A stretch of 12,693 bases of DNA from Oligoflexales bacterium (GCA_041736175.1 JBGSUI010000216.1:1-12693); one strand, 5' to 3'; positions 1 to 7,409 are shown, numbered from the stretch's first letter. Made by a program: numbers and translations. The notes: a model not told the origin generated them from the letters alone.

Positions 1-31
1 CGTCGAGCATTCGTTGGCGTAGGGCTGACAA
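1..31 (-). CDS. 5' start (runs off window edge) of a tyrosine recombinase of the type paired with IS91-family transposases
   Basis: Not in the ORF track. The minus strand reads AGGAGG (43-38), 6 nt, then TTG TCA GCC CTA CGC CAA CGA ATG CTC GAC = MSALRQRMLD. This matches the characteristic M-(T/S)-x-LRQRM-(L/I)-(E/D) N-terminus of integrases found upstream of IS91-family transposases. Only 10 codons are visible. Confidence 0.7.
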   Translation of the reverse strand, partial: MSALRQRMLD

Positions 32-32
32 A

Positions 33-98
33 GAGCACCTCCTGACTGGGATGTTTTAGGTTCAATAAAAACATTTTCCCATTTAGGAGGGCTTTTTT
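33..98. promoter_or_regulatory. Long imperfect hairpin covering the integrase RBS; terminator-like (T-tract) on the + strand
   Basis: Nested pairings: CCTCCT(38-43)/AGGAGG(85-90), TGGGA(47-51)/TCCCA(77-81) and TGTTTT(52-57)/AAAACA(68-73), followed by TTTTTT at 93-98. Confidence 0.55.
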
Positions 99-244
99 GA
101 TACAGCAAAAATTGGCTATATTGAAATGTACTCTGAATTGCGAAAGACTGTGGAATGAATAAAATGTGCCGAGATGATGCCGTAAGGAAAGCTACAATCT
201 ACCCGGAAGCTCGGGATAGGACTGCGCGCGAGCGCGCTTAGTTC

Positions 245-1126
245 ATTTCAGATATGTTTTGCGATCGCTTACTTGGTCAATCGAAGGTAGCGGCCATACC
301 AGTGAATTGTACTTGGATCCTAACAGCCAATAACCCCAGTTTTACAACGGAAATGGCACGCCGCACTATAAGGTGTCGTCTCGACAGGCATTCATCAAGG
401 CCCTGGAGTACCGCTAGCTCACAATTCCTCCATCCAAATCTCGAACTTTGGACCCAAAAAAATCGAGCCCAGATCGTCAGAGCGATTTTAATTTTAATTC
501 AAAGTTGGATTGCAGCTGGTGAACCGGCGTGGCCTGGAAAGCCACTAGGGTCCTATGAAGAGTGGTGTCGAGTCGTTGGAGGTGTGTTGGAATTTGCTGG
601 TATTACGGGGTTTCTTGAAAATCTAGAGGCCCATTTAAGCTCTTCAGATGATGAAACAGAAGAACTAGAAATCTTTGTTGAAAATTGGTGGCATCAATTT
701 AGCAATCGGATGATGAAACCATTAGAGCTGGTCACTATGTGCTTGAATACGGAAATCCTAGCTGAAGCACGGGGTACTGGAAACGAGGCATCGCAAAGTA
801 TTAAGATGGGCAATTTATTAAAAAGCTTGAATGGAAGAATTATTGGAAAATACTGTGTTGAGATTGTTAAAAATGGCGGTCCCCGCCATGGTCGATGGTA
901 CCGCTTGAATAATATCCAAACAAGCACTCCCAATGACCAAGGATTGCTTTCCAAAGATGGGGAAGGTAGGGGGAGTTTACATAGCCTTAAAGACAGTGAA
1001 GACTTCAAGAGCGTCAAGGGGGAGCAAAACACAAATACATTGGTGTATGGAGGAGCAGCGGCATCGTTAAGATCCCCAACATCCCCTATTCAGCCCACAA
1101 AAAGTCCGTTGAGAGGTGACAAGTGA
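245..1126 (+). pseudogene. C-terminal fragment of a phage/satellite primase-helicase-type replication protein, 5'-truncated by the IS91-like insertion
   Basis: Begins mid-domain (SDMFCDRLLGQS...WILTANN...EMARR...LD...P...F.HP.L..W...R..I..A...SW...G.P...LGSYEEW). These motifs are typical of the post-Walker-B half of primase-associated NTPase proteins of MGEs. No Walker A motif, no RBS before ATG 254, and an in-frame TAG at 239-241 lies in the IS end. Confidence 0.65.
959..1086. repeat. Inverted iteron-like repeats; candidate replication origin in the 3' end of the primase/helicase gene
   Basis: GGGGA(959-963) and GGGGGA(969-974) face TCCCC(1073-1077) and TCCCC(1082-1086) across ~100 bp. The protein is low-complexity here (GEGRGS...SPTSP). 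Confidence 0.45.
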
Positions 1127-1419
1127 GTAAACATCACCTACGGACTTGCCTTAAAACCACTTCCGGCGTAAAAGACCCTGAGTGCAAGCTAGAAAATGGC
1201 AATGATTGCCCTCAGATCTTTGACAACCTAACCGGCAGTGAATGGTTTACTGCCGATGAAGCAGCGCGATACCTCCGGGTAAGTATCGGCACTCTTCGCA
1301 ATATGACTAGCAATGGTACCATCCGTTGCTTTAAATTGGGTCGACGCGCACGGTACCGCCTAGATGATTTGAGATGCCTCCACAAACCTAAATCAAGTGG
1401 AGGTTCTTATGGGAATTAA
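1123..1419 (+). CDS. Excisionase-like helix-turn-helix DNA-binding protein (HTH_17 type)
   Basis: WFTADEAARYLRVSIGTLRNMTSNGTIRCFKLGRRARYRLDDL is a classic Xis/HTH_17 pattern. Its GTG start overlaps the upstream TGA, and its 3' end overlaps the integrase start. Confidence 0.88.
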   Translation: MSKHHLRTCLKTTSGVKDPECKLENGNDCPQIFDNLTGSEWFTADEAARYLRVSIGTLRNMTSNGTIRCFKLGRRARYRLDDLRCLHKPKSSGGSYGN

Positions 1420-2512
1420 GTTTGATAAACAGAAGCAGAAATGGGTGGTGTCCTTTAGTAAGCGTCATCCGTCCACGGGACAACCAGTTAGCCTTCAGAG
1501 ATTAGCAGATTCTGAGCGAGAAGCTAAAAAAATGTATGGGACTTTAGTCCTCGCTGTTGAGGATAGGATTCGGGATGTTACGGTCCCGATTTGGGAAAAA
1601 GCAATTGAGGGCTATTTAGAATGGTGTCGTAATCGCCAGTTAACAGGAAAGAGCATATACAATGCTGAGAAATGTCTCAAAGCCGCTACGTTACCGGTCT
1701 GGCAAATGAAAAGAGTGGATGCTATTACGGCAGAGATGATCAGAGATCTTGTGTGCGGCACTTATAGCACTCACTCTGAAACCCATCGTAAGGGAATTTT
1801 GAAGTTTATCCGCGGTGTTTTTGCATACCTCCTGGAAACAGGAGCTATCAATCGAAACCCGGTACCAGCTATTAAGTTTCGGATAAATGACAAAATTAAA
1901 AACGTCCTAACTGAAGAGCAGGTTAAATCTTTCCTCAACAAAGCCTTAGATTATGATTGGGAATGGTATCCACATTGTACCATGGCAATCTATACGGGAA
2001 TGCGCAATGGTGAGCTTTTTGCCTTAACTTGGGATAAAGTTAATCTTGATTTGCGACAAATTAAGGTCGATACTTCATGGAACAATAAAGATGGCTTTAA
2101 GTCGACTAAGAGTGGCGACGATCGAATCGTCGAAGTCGCTCCTGCTCTAGTGGTGCTACTCAAGGAGCTTAAGTTGCGGACAGCCGAAACAGGGTTTGTC
2201 CTCCCTAGACTCCCTCGTTGGACTAAAGGCGAGCAGGCACGGGAACTCCGAATGTTTCTTATCGGTATCGGACTCCCGCCTTTGAGGTTTCACGATCTCC
2301 GTGCAACATGGGCTACCATAATGCTCGGCAGGGGAGTAGAGCCCGCTAAAGTGATGATTATGGGCGGGTGGCAGGATATGAAGACGATGATGATCTACCT
2401 ACGTAAAGCAGGGATCACCATCCGGGGAATAACTGACCATCTGGATCTTCACGACACAAGAGCGAGGACCAGTACAGTCTTGCCTTTCCAGTCACCAAGG
2501 GTGGGGCAGTAG
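1409..2512 (+). CDS. int: Tyrosine recombinase / phage-type integrase
   Basis: Catalytic motifs are present: TGMRNGEL (R), TKSG (K), FHDLR (HxxR), MGGW (W at the H/W position) and MIY (Tyr nucleophile). ATG 1409 follows GGAGG (1399-1403) and is preferred over GTG 1397. Confidence 0.95.
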   Translation: MGIKFDKQKQKWVVSFSKRHPSTGQPVSLQRLADSEREAKKMYGTLVLAVEDRIRDVTVPIWEKAIEGYLEWCRNRQLTGKSIYNAEKCLKAATLPVWQMKRVDAITAEMIRDLVCGTYSTHSETHRKGILKFIRGVFAYLLETGAINRNPVPAIKFRINDKIKNVLTEEQVKSFLNKALDYDWEWYPHCTMAIYTGMRNGELFALTWDKVNLDLRQIKVDTSWNNKDGFKSTKSGDDRIVEVAPALVVLLKELKLRTAETGFVLPRLPRWTKGEQARELRMFLIGIGLPPLRFHDLRATWATIMLGRGVEPAKVMIMGGWQDMKTMMIYLRKAGITIRGITDHLDLHDTRARTSTVLPFQSPRVGQ

Positions 2513-2547
2513 CCAACTGTCGTGATTGAAAAGTGAAGGGTCTGAAA

Positions 2548-4311
2548 TTATGGATGGAAATTGGGGCTCCACCGCTCCCGCCATTCTTTCGCTAACACGA
2601 CTTTTTTTTCCTCATATGTGACACTTGATGATCCATCCTCCTTCAGGACAAAACTGAGAGGCCTGGATCCATCGTCATTTAACTCGCCAACTTCAATTTT
2701 TTCGAACAGCGCTCGGTAGGCATTTTTCAAAGCCAAGGGATCCTGATCTTCCATGACCTTGAGGACCCTCTTTGCCTGGCTGCTGATATCCTGCCAAGGA
2801 AAGCTGTCGGCCTCCAGGGCCTTTTTCTGGGACGTGAGCTGCGACAGGCTGCTCGTGAGGCTGGCTAGCTCAGACTTTATCTTGGCCTTCTTGTCCTTGT
2901 ATTCCAGCCGAAAGCTGGCAGCAGCCTCCAGGTCGTCATCGGCCAAAAGGAAATCAAGCCGACGATCCAGGAGCACAGCCTCCCGCTCAAGAGCTGCTAT
3001 ATCCCCTTCGATGCGCAGGGCCTGGCCTTGGAGTAGGCTCACGCTGCTGGTCACCTCCGTCCCGCGCCTGCGAATAGCCTCCTGGAGCGCTGGCTTTGAT
3101 CCGATGATCTCGGAGACCATATCTTGGGCATGCTTATCTAAAGCGTCCGCATCCAGCCGTAGCCCCTGATGCTTGGGATTGTTGTAATAGTGCTTGGTCT
3201 TTGTCTTGCCGTTTGCCATGGTGCCGTGGAATGGAGTGCCATCGCTATAGGCCAGCAGACCTGACAGGACATAGACCCTCTTAAGGCCTGTGCTCTTCTG
3301 CCGCTTTCCAGTGATGGCCTGGACTGTCGCCTGGACGTCATCCCAAAGCTGGCGATCGATCACACATCCGTGTGGTAACTCCACCCGCTGATAGTACTCA
3401 TAGGGCATCAGCTTACTAGGAGGCTTGTCTTTATTTTCGATATTGATTTCCCATTCACCAATATATTTGGTGTTGGTCAAAAGGGCGTGGATAGAATTTT
3501 TTTCAAAGGGCTTAGCGGCTTTGGTTTTGATGTTCCGCGTCGCACACTCCAACATTGTCTTTTGGTATGAGGCATATTTCACGAAGGTTCGCATGATCCA
3601 AGACACGATGGCCAGCTCTTCGCTGTTGGGTGCATAAAAACCCGGCTGGGGATTGCCATTGACGATGAGTGGATCAAATCCAAGGAGGGCGTGAGTGGAA
3701 TTAAACTTCCCCGAAGATACCATCGCGGCAAACACGCTCTCCTTGAGACGTTTAGAATTCACATTAGATTCATACTCAGCAAAAGCCGCGAGGATATCCA
3801 GCTGCAGTATCTGAGTAGGGTTATTGGGGTTAAAGGGTAACCCCCGAATAAAGATTTCGCAGTCGCAGGTATTGCAGAGGACAAAGAACTCTTTCCAAAG
3901 GTGCGCATTGCGGGCGATGCGGGCAATCTCTTTAATGACAACAAAGGCGTAACGTTTTTGCTTGATCTCGCGATACATCGCTAAAAATTCTGGCCGCCTA
4001 TCGTCACGACCTGATAAACCCGGTTCGATAAAGAAACGAGTGATCCGGTAGTTAACCCGATTGGTTTGTGACCGAATTAAAGCCTCCGAAATAGCGATGT
4101 TGATCTGTTGTTCCAGGGAACCCTTTTCCACTGCAACCTGACCATCATCGCTAAGACGAAGGTAGGCACAACCATCCACTGTGGGCCACCCCTTATCGAG
4201 TGGCTTCCAATCAGCAATATGTTGAGCCGCGAGGATTCGACAATCCGACACAACCCGTTCGATAAGCTCTTTGCGCTCCCTTGAAGGAGTCTTGTCACAA
4301 TTTTCCTGCAT
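2548..4311 (-). CDS. Large serine recombinase (resolvase, recombinase, zinc-ribbon-like and coiled-coil domains)
   Basis: AYLRLS (catalytic Ser)...SLEQQ, EPGLSG...RPEF, KEIARIARN, AEYES, LLTNTKYIG, IDRQLWDDVQ and LSGLL motifs, then a long coiled coil. ATG 4311 has AAGGG upstream; TTG 4338 is an alternative start. Confidence 0.95.
   Translation of the reverse strand: MQENCDKTPSRERKELIERVVSDCRILAAQHIADWKPLDKGWPTVDGCAYLRLSDDGQVAVEKGSLEQQINIAISEALIRSQTNRVNYRITRFFIEPGLSGRDDRRPEFLAMYREIKQKRYAFVVIKEIARIARNAHLWKEFFVLCNTCDCEIFIRGLPFNPNNPTQILQLDILAAFAEYESNVNSKRLKESVFAAMVSSGKFNSTHALLGFDPLIVNGNPQPGFYAPNSEELAIVSWIMRTFVKYASYQKTMLECATRNIKTKAAKPFEKNSIHALLTNTKYIGEWEINIENKDKPPSKLMPYEYYQRVELPHGCVIDRQLWDDVQATVQAITGKRQKSTGLKRVYVLSGLLAYSDGTPFHGTMANGKTKTKHYYNNPKHQGLRLDADALDKHAQDMVSEIIGSKPALQEAIRRRGTEVTSSVSLLQGQALRIEGDIAALEREAVLLDRRLDFLLADDDLEAAASFRLEYKDKKAKIKSELASLTSSLSQLTSQKKALEADSFPWQDISSQAKRVLKVMEDQDPLALKNAYRALFEKIEVGELNDDGSRPLSFVLKEDGSSSVTYEEKKVVLAKEWRERWSPNFHP
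2572..2583 (+). other. tRNA-3'-end-like att core inside the 3' end of the serine recombinase gene
   Basis: CCGCTCCCGCCA resembles a tRNA acceptor-stem 3' strand ending in CCA (similar to tRNA-Asp ...CGCTCCCGCCA as I recall it). There is no GTTCGA T-loop upstream, so this is not a complete tRNA. The antisense strand gives WRER, the start of the WRERxDSNP peptide read from antisense tRNA ends. Confidence 0.5.
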
Positions 4312-4696
4312 CGATGAACCCTTGTATACTTTCAGCAATGATAACGGCTGTGCGCTGGATAGCGTCTTGACTGAGACTGCCTACCATAGTTCGTCTAAAC
4401 TTGGCGCTCAATATTTTTTCTTTGGTTACCTTCTTCCTTTTCCTTAAGTAAAGAGCTTTTTTTTGCTGAGATATACAAGTTTTGCATCGACTATCTCTCC
4501 CGTTTAAACCCGCTAATTTTCCATTAAACTCCTCCCAGCTACGCCAGTTTTTGCACAGCATGCATATGCGGCCATCCGATGATAACTGGTCTTGATTAAA
4601 GTGATTTTTATCCGTCCCTGGTCTGCTATCAAGAGTAGAAGATGAAGGGGGCGCCGTCGTCACCATTGTCAGGCTTTGCCTGATGTCGCTATCCAC
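4295..4696 (-). CDS. Small basic zinc-finger protein (CxxC...CxxC), overlapping the serine recombinase start
   Basis: ICMLCKNWRSWEEF...NGRDSRCKTC is the phage-type Zn finger usually seen N-terminal to HNH/EndoVII domains. No nuclease domain follows, only a Lys/Arg-rich helix. The start codon is uncertain. Confidence 0.7.
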   Translation of the reverse strand: MDSDIRQSLTMVTTAPPSSSTLDSRPGTDKNHFNQDQLSSDGRICMLCKNWRSWEEFNGKLAGLNGRDSRCKTCISQQKKALYLRKRKKVTKEKILSAKFRRTMVGSLSQDAIQRTAVIIAESIQGFIDAGKL

Positions 4697-4776
4697 TGTT
4701 CATAGATCTATCTCTCCCTGGTAAAGATTGATGGGTCGCTGCGTACTTGTGCAGATTGTTGTCATAGGTAAGGGAT

Positions 4777-5823
4777 TTAATTCTTTTCACCCACTACAGC
4801 AGTGTTCCGTTTTGAGCTTGCAGGCGCTGATTTAGACTTTTTGCCTCGGATGATTTCGTGGGGAAGTATTTGGCAAAAAGAGCCATCAAAGCTGAAAGCC
4901 AATCCTGGCATAGGACCGGTTTGTTGGTCAAAAAAGCGAGTGGCGCTTTGGCTAAACATCCTGGCAAAAGGTGGTACGAGATATTCTGCGAGTACCTTTA
5001 ACAACCAACCCATCAAGTCATGTTCCCAAGCAGGTCTTTTAGAAAGCTTTTGTAGAATAATGTCTGCTGGAATGTTTTTGTCACGCATAAACTTAAGTGC
5101 GCCGTAGGTCGCAAAACCTTCGAGTGAGTACCCCTCCAATTCTGGGGGCAGCATATGAGCCTTAAGCATGCGAACTTCTGTGAACGCTTGAATTTCGGCA
5201 TACCAGCTTGGCAGGAGGTACCACGAAACAGGATTGGCTGAAAAATACAGGCTTCCATATCGTTCTTCAATTCGGGTAAGTGCTCTCAAAAAGTTTAAAT
5301 CCGTCTCAGTAAGGTGCTTCCGTTCTTTTAACTCAAGCAACTTGTTATAAACTACTAGTACATTTTTCTGCGGGTCACCTACCTCCCAGGTCTCGCATTC
5401 CGGCGAGTGACTCTCGATCACGAGGTCATCTCTCGCTTGGTTTTTGTAAATGCGCCGGAAGCGTTCGAGTTTTTTATACCTAATGAATGGTTGGATAGCG
5501 CTTGGAGGCACCAATAAATCCAGTGCAAATTCAATTGAATAGAGTGACAAATCACCTGGATGGAAGTTAGCAATCTGCTCCAACATCGCTGTTGCACGAG
5601 CGAAACTCCCGACGTCAAAGCCATTAAACTCAATTTTAAAGGATTTATTTCCTAAGGATTGATCGTCAGCTCGCAAGAGCTTGATGAAAAACTTCACGCC
5701 ATCGATCTCATAAGCATGTGGCTTGCTATAACTATGAGACGGTAAACCATGCGCTTTCAACGTCCTCGCCACCTCAGGTCTAATTTGACCGCGCTTTGAC
5801 GATACAACTATACGGTCAAACAT
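4777..5823 (-). CDS. Divergent Rep_trans-like (rolling-circle replication initiator fold) protein
   Basis: Ordered motifs FDRI, KIEFNG, YSIEFALD (cf. RxDxAxD), ETWEVG (cf. TxYxG), VVYNKLLE (cf. YDKxxE) and TRIEER (cf. RxExR). GGGGGA RBS before ATG 5823. Confidence 0.6.
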   Translation of the reverse strand: MFDRIVVSSKRGQIRPEVARTLKAHGLPSHSYSKPHAYEIDGVKFFIKLLRADDQSLGNKSFKIEFNGFDVGSFARATAMLEQIANFHPGDLSLYSIEFALDLLVPPSAIQPFIRYKKLERFRRIYKNQARDDLVIESHSPECETWEVGDPQKNVLVVYNKLLELKERKHLTETDLNFLRALTRIEERYGSLYFSANPVSWYLLPSWYAEIQAFTEVRMLKAHMLPPELEGYSLEGFATYGALKFMRDKNIPADIILQKLSKRPAWEHDLMGWLLKVLAEYLVPPFARMFSQSATRFFDQQTGPMPGLAFSFDGSFCQILPHEIIRGKKSKSAPASSKRNTAVVGEKN

Positions 5824-6162
5824 GGCTTTGTCCCCCTAAGCTAGAACCAATCCTTAAGGTTGGTGTCTGAGGCTGAAAAATGTCCAAAGCTATCCCTGGC
5901 CTAAATCCCAAAGTGGCCTTCCCCCATTGTGTTCTATTGTTATTAGTAGGAACCGGGCTGACTAGGCCACCCCCATGTACCGAAAAAGGTTTTGCTATCG
6001 CATTGAAATCAAACAAAGTTTTTCCCCTCTTTTTTGTTGTTGCAGATGGAACCATAAGGGAGAAAAGCTGGTGAAGTATCTGAACCTAATGCTGGGAAAT
6101 AACTTGGGCTTAATATACTGTTATTTCTGTATTATTTTCTAAATGGGTATGCCGGTATCCGC

Positions 6163-6197
6163 GTAACTATCCAAATTAACTTGACTATTTTGACTAT
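6163..6197. repeat. Short tandem direct repeats resembling integrase arm-type or Rep binding sites
   Basis: TTGACTAT at 6181-6188 and 6190-6197, with a variant GTAACTAT at 6163-6170, in an AT-rich tract. Confidence 0.35.
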
Positions 6198-6230
6198 CGG
6201 ACCAGATTCAAAATGGTACAATTCATCACT

Positions 6231-6358
6231 AGGGTGCGGCGCCCCTGATGGCGGGGCTTATTGCTGCTGAACTAGTCCTCGTTCTTGCGTCAGGCCCTAT
6301 AAAATCATCTCGACTCTCCGCTGGTCGTCGTCTTCGTCTAGCGGGCCGCTAGTACCCT
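6231..6358. other. GC-rich structured non-coding element (candidate origin or structured RNA)
   Basis: AGGGTGC(6231-6237)/GTACCCT(6352-6358), CCTGATG(6244-6250)/CGTCAGG(6288-6294), GCCCC/GGGGC(6241-6257) and a perfect CTAGCGG-g-CCGCTAG (6338-6352). Confidence 0.4.
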
Positions 6359-6596
6359 TGCTCTGATTTGAGCTTTTAAAAAGTTGGTTTCCACAGGAGC
6401 TGATGATGTCTAGAGGCCTATCGATTCTTTAAATTTTTTAAATGACTTGATTAGCCCAAGTGGCCAAAAATACATTGCACTTTGCAAATAACCATGGTCG
6501 AGTGAGTGACCGATGATAAAAACATTCTGTGATTCGGAAAACCGGATTCGGTTTCAGTGCAATAAGCTATCGGCAATACCGGTTTAACGGGGTTAT

Positions 6597-7346
6597 ATGA
6601 GCGACTTTGACAAGAAATCTGATAGCTCAATAGCGAGTATCGTAACTAAGGATGGAGTCAACGAGGACGCCCTAGACATCTGGCTACTCGACGGACTACT
6701 TTCCTTTGATGTGCAAGCTGGCCTCCAAGCAATGGCTTCAATGGACTTTTTGAGGCAGTCCTATGAACGGCTGTTCAGAGAAGACACTACCGGCCTTAAG
6801 AAGGAAGACTTCTTTACGACCAACGTTGCAAACGTCTACCCATTCGCTTGTTTGAAAAAGTCCGCCGAGTATTCAATCGTCTGCGCCTATGAGCATATTC
6901 AGCGATTCGTTGAGTTTTACAAAGGCAGGACCGGCAAGGATCTGCCGTTCGAGATCTATCGAATCGATGACCTTAAATTGCATCGGACTTTCCATAGCCA
7001 TCCGCAAAAGCAGAAGGGCAAATGGGAAAAAGAAGTGATGAACAAGTTCGTTGCCGAAGATCGACATTACAAGGACTTCAAGCCGGAGCTGCTGTGGGGA
7101 GCCAGGGCTTCAATCATCGAAGAAGGAGCAAAACGAGGCTTTGCTCCGACAATGCCATTGGAGCTTGGCGTTACCGAAGGAATGTTCGAAATGGTGAAGC
7201 TGATCTTCAAGCTGAGCGCAAAGAAGGGACCGCCTCTGTTTTCCGATGAAACCTTGCTGGAGATATTTTCTAAGTTTGTTGAGCAGTACAAGGGACTGAC
7301 GATTCAGCGGTACGAGGCAGGGAGGAAAGAAGTCGCACGGGCATAG
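6597..7346 (+). CDS. Hypothetical protein; short (N-terminally reduced) member of the local paralogue family
   Basis: 249-aa ORF with protein-like composition. Shares ordered motifs with the 7410-8609 product (MDF/MEL, YPF/YPW, DLP, RTF, GxWEK, FEhhKhh, PLF/PMF). Confidence 0.8.
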   Translation: MSDFDKKSDSSIASIVTKDGVNEDALDIWLLDGLLSFDVQAGLQAMASMDFLRQSYERLFREDTTGLKKEDFFTTNVANVYPFACLKKSAEYSIVCAYEHIQRFVEFYKGRTGKDLPFEIYRIDDLKLHRTFHSHPQKQKGKWEKEVMNKFVAEDRHYKDFKPELLWGARASIIEEGAKRGFAPTMPLELGVTEGMFEMVKLIFKLSAKKGPPLFSDETLLEIFSKFVEQYKGLTIQRYEAGRKEVARA

Positions 7347-7409
7347 AACATGCGGGATCTGTAGCTCTTTGGAGCCCTTTAGTGACACCGAAACCTGGCG
7401 AATTCTTTG

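Larger units (their letters stand above)
1..244 (-). mobile_element. Terminal (terIS-like) end of an IS91-like element carrying an integrase gene
   Basis: Integrase start at 31. GC-rich hairpins CCCG-gaagct-CGGG (202-215) and GCGCGC-ga-GCGCGC (224-237) are followed by TTA-GTTC (GTTC at 241-244), the tetranucleotide used by IS91/IS1294. A protein-coding frame resumes immediately at 245. Confidence 0.6.

Noticed and set aside
140..250. Group II intron 3' end as the cause of the gene interruption
   Set aside because: No recognisable domain V (AGC/CGC triad in GAGCCG...GAAA...CACGxxCGGTT context). A hairpin plus GTTC and the integrase start fit an IS91-like end better.
694..1032. 112-aa minus-strand ORF
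   Set aside because: Antisense shadow of the primase/helicase fragment, with no motifs.
2753..4298. Short ORFs 2753-3169, 3138-3341, 3425-3637, 3759-3944 and 4077-4298
   Set aside because: All nested within or antisense to the well-supported serine recombinase.
4802..5633. ORFs 4802-5107, 5013-5270 and 5418-5633
   Set aside because: Alternative-frame shadows of the Rep-like gene.
5816..6074. 79-aa (-) and 64-aa (+) ORFs upstream of the Rep-like gene
   Set aside because: No RBS or recognisable motif. The 79-aa ORF overlaps the Rep-like start and cannot be excluded, but it is unsupported.
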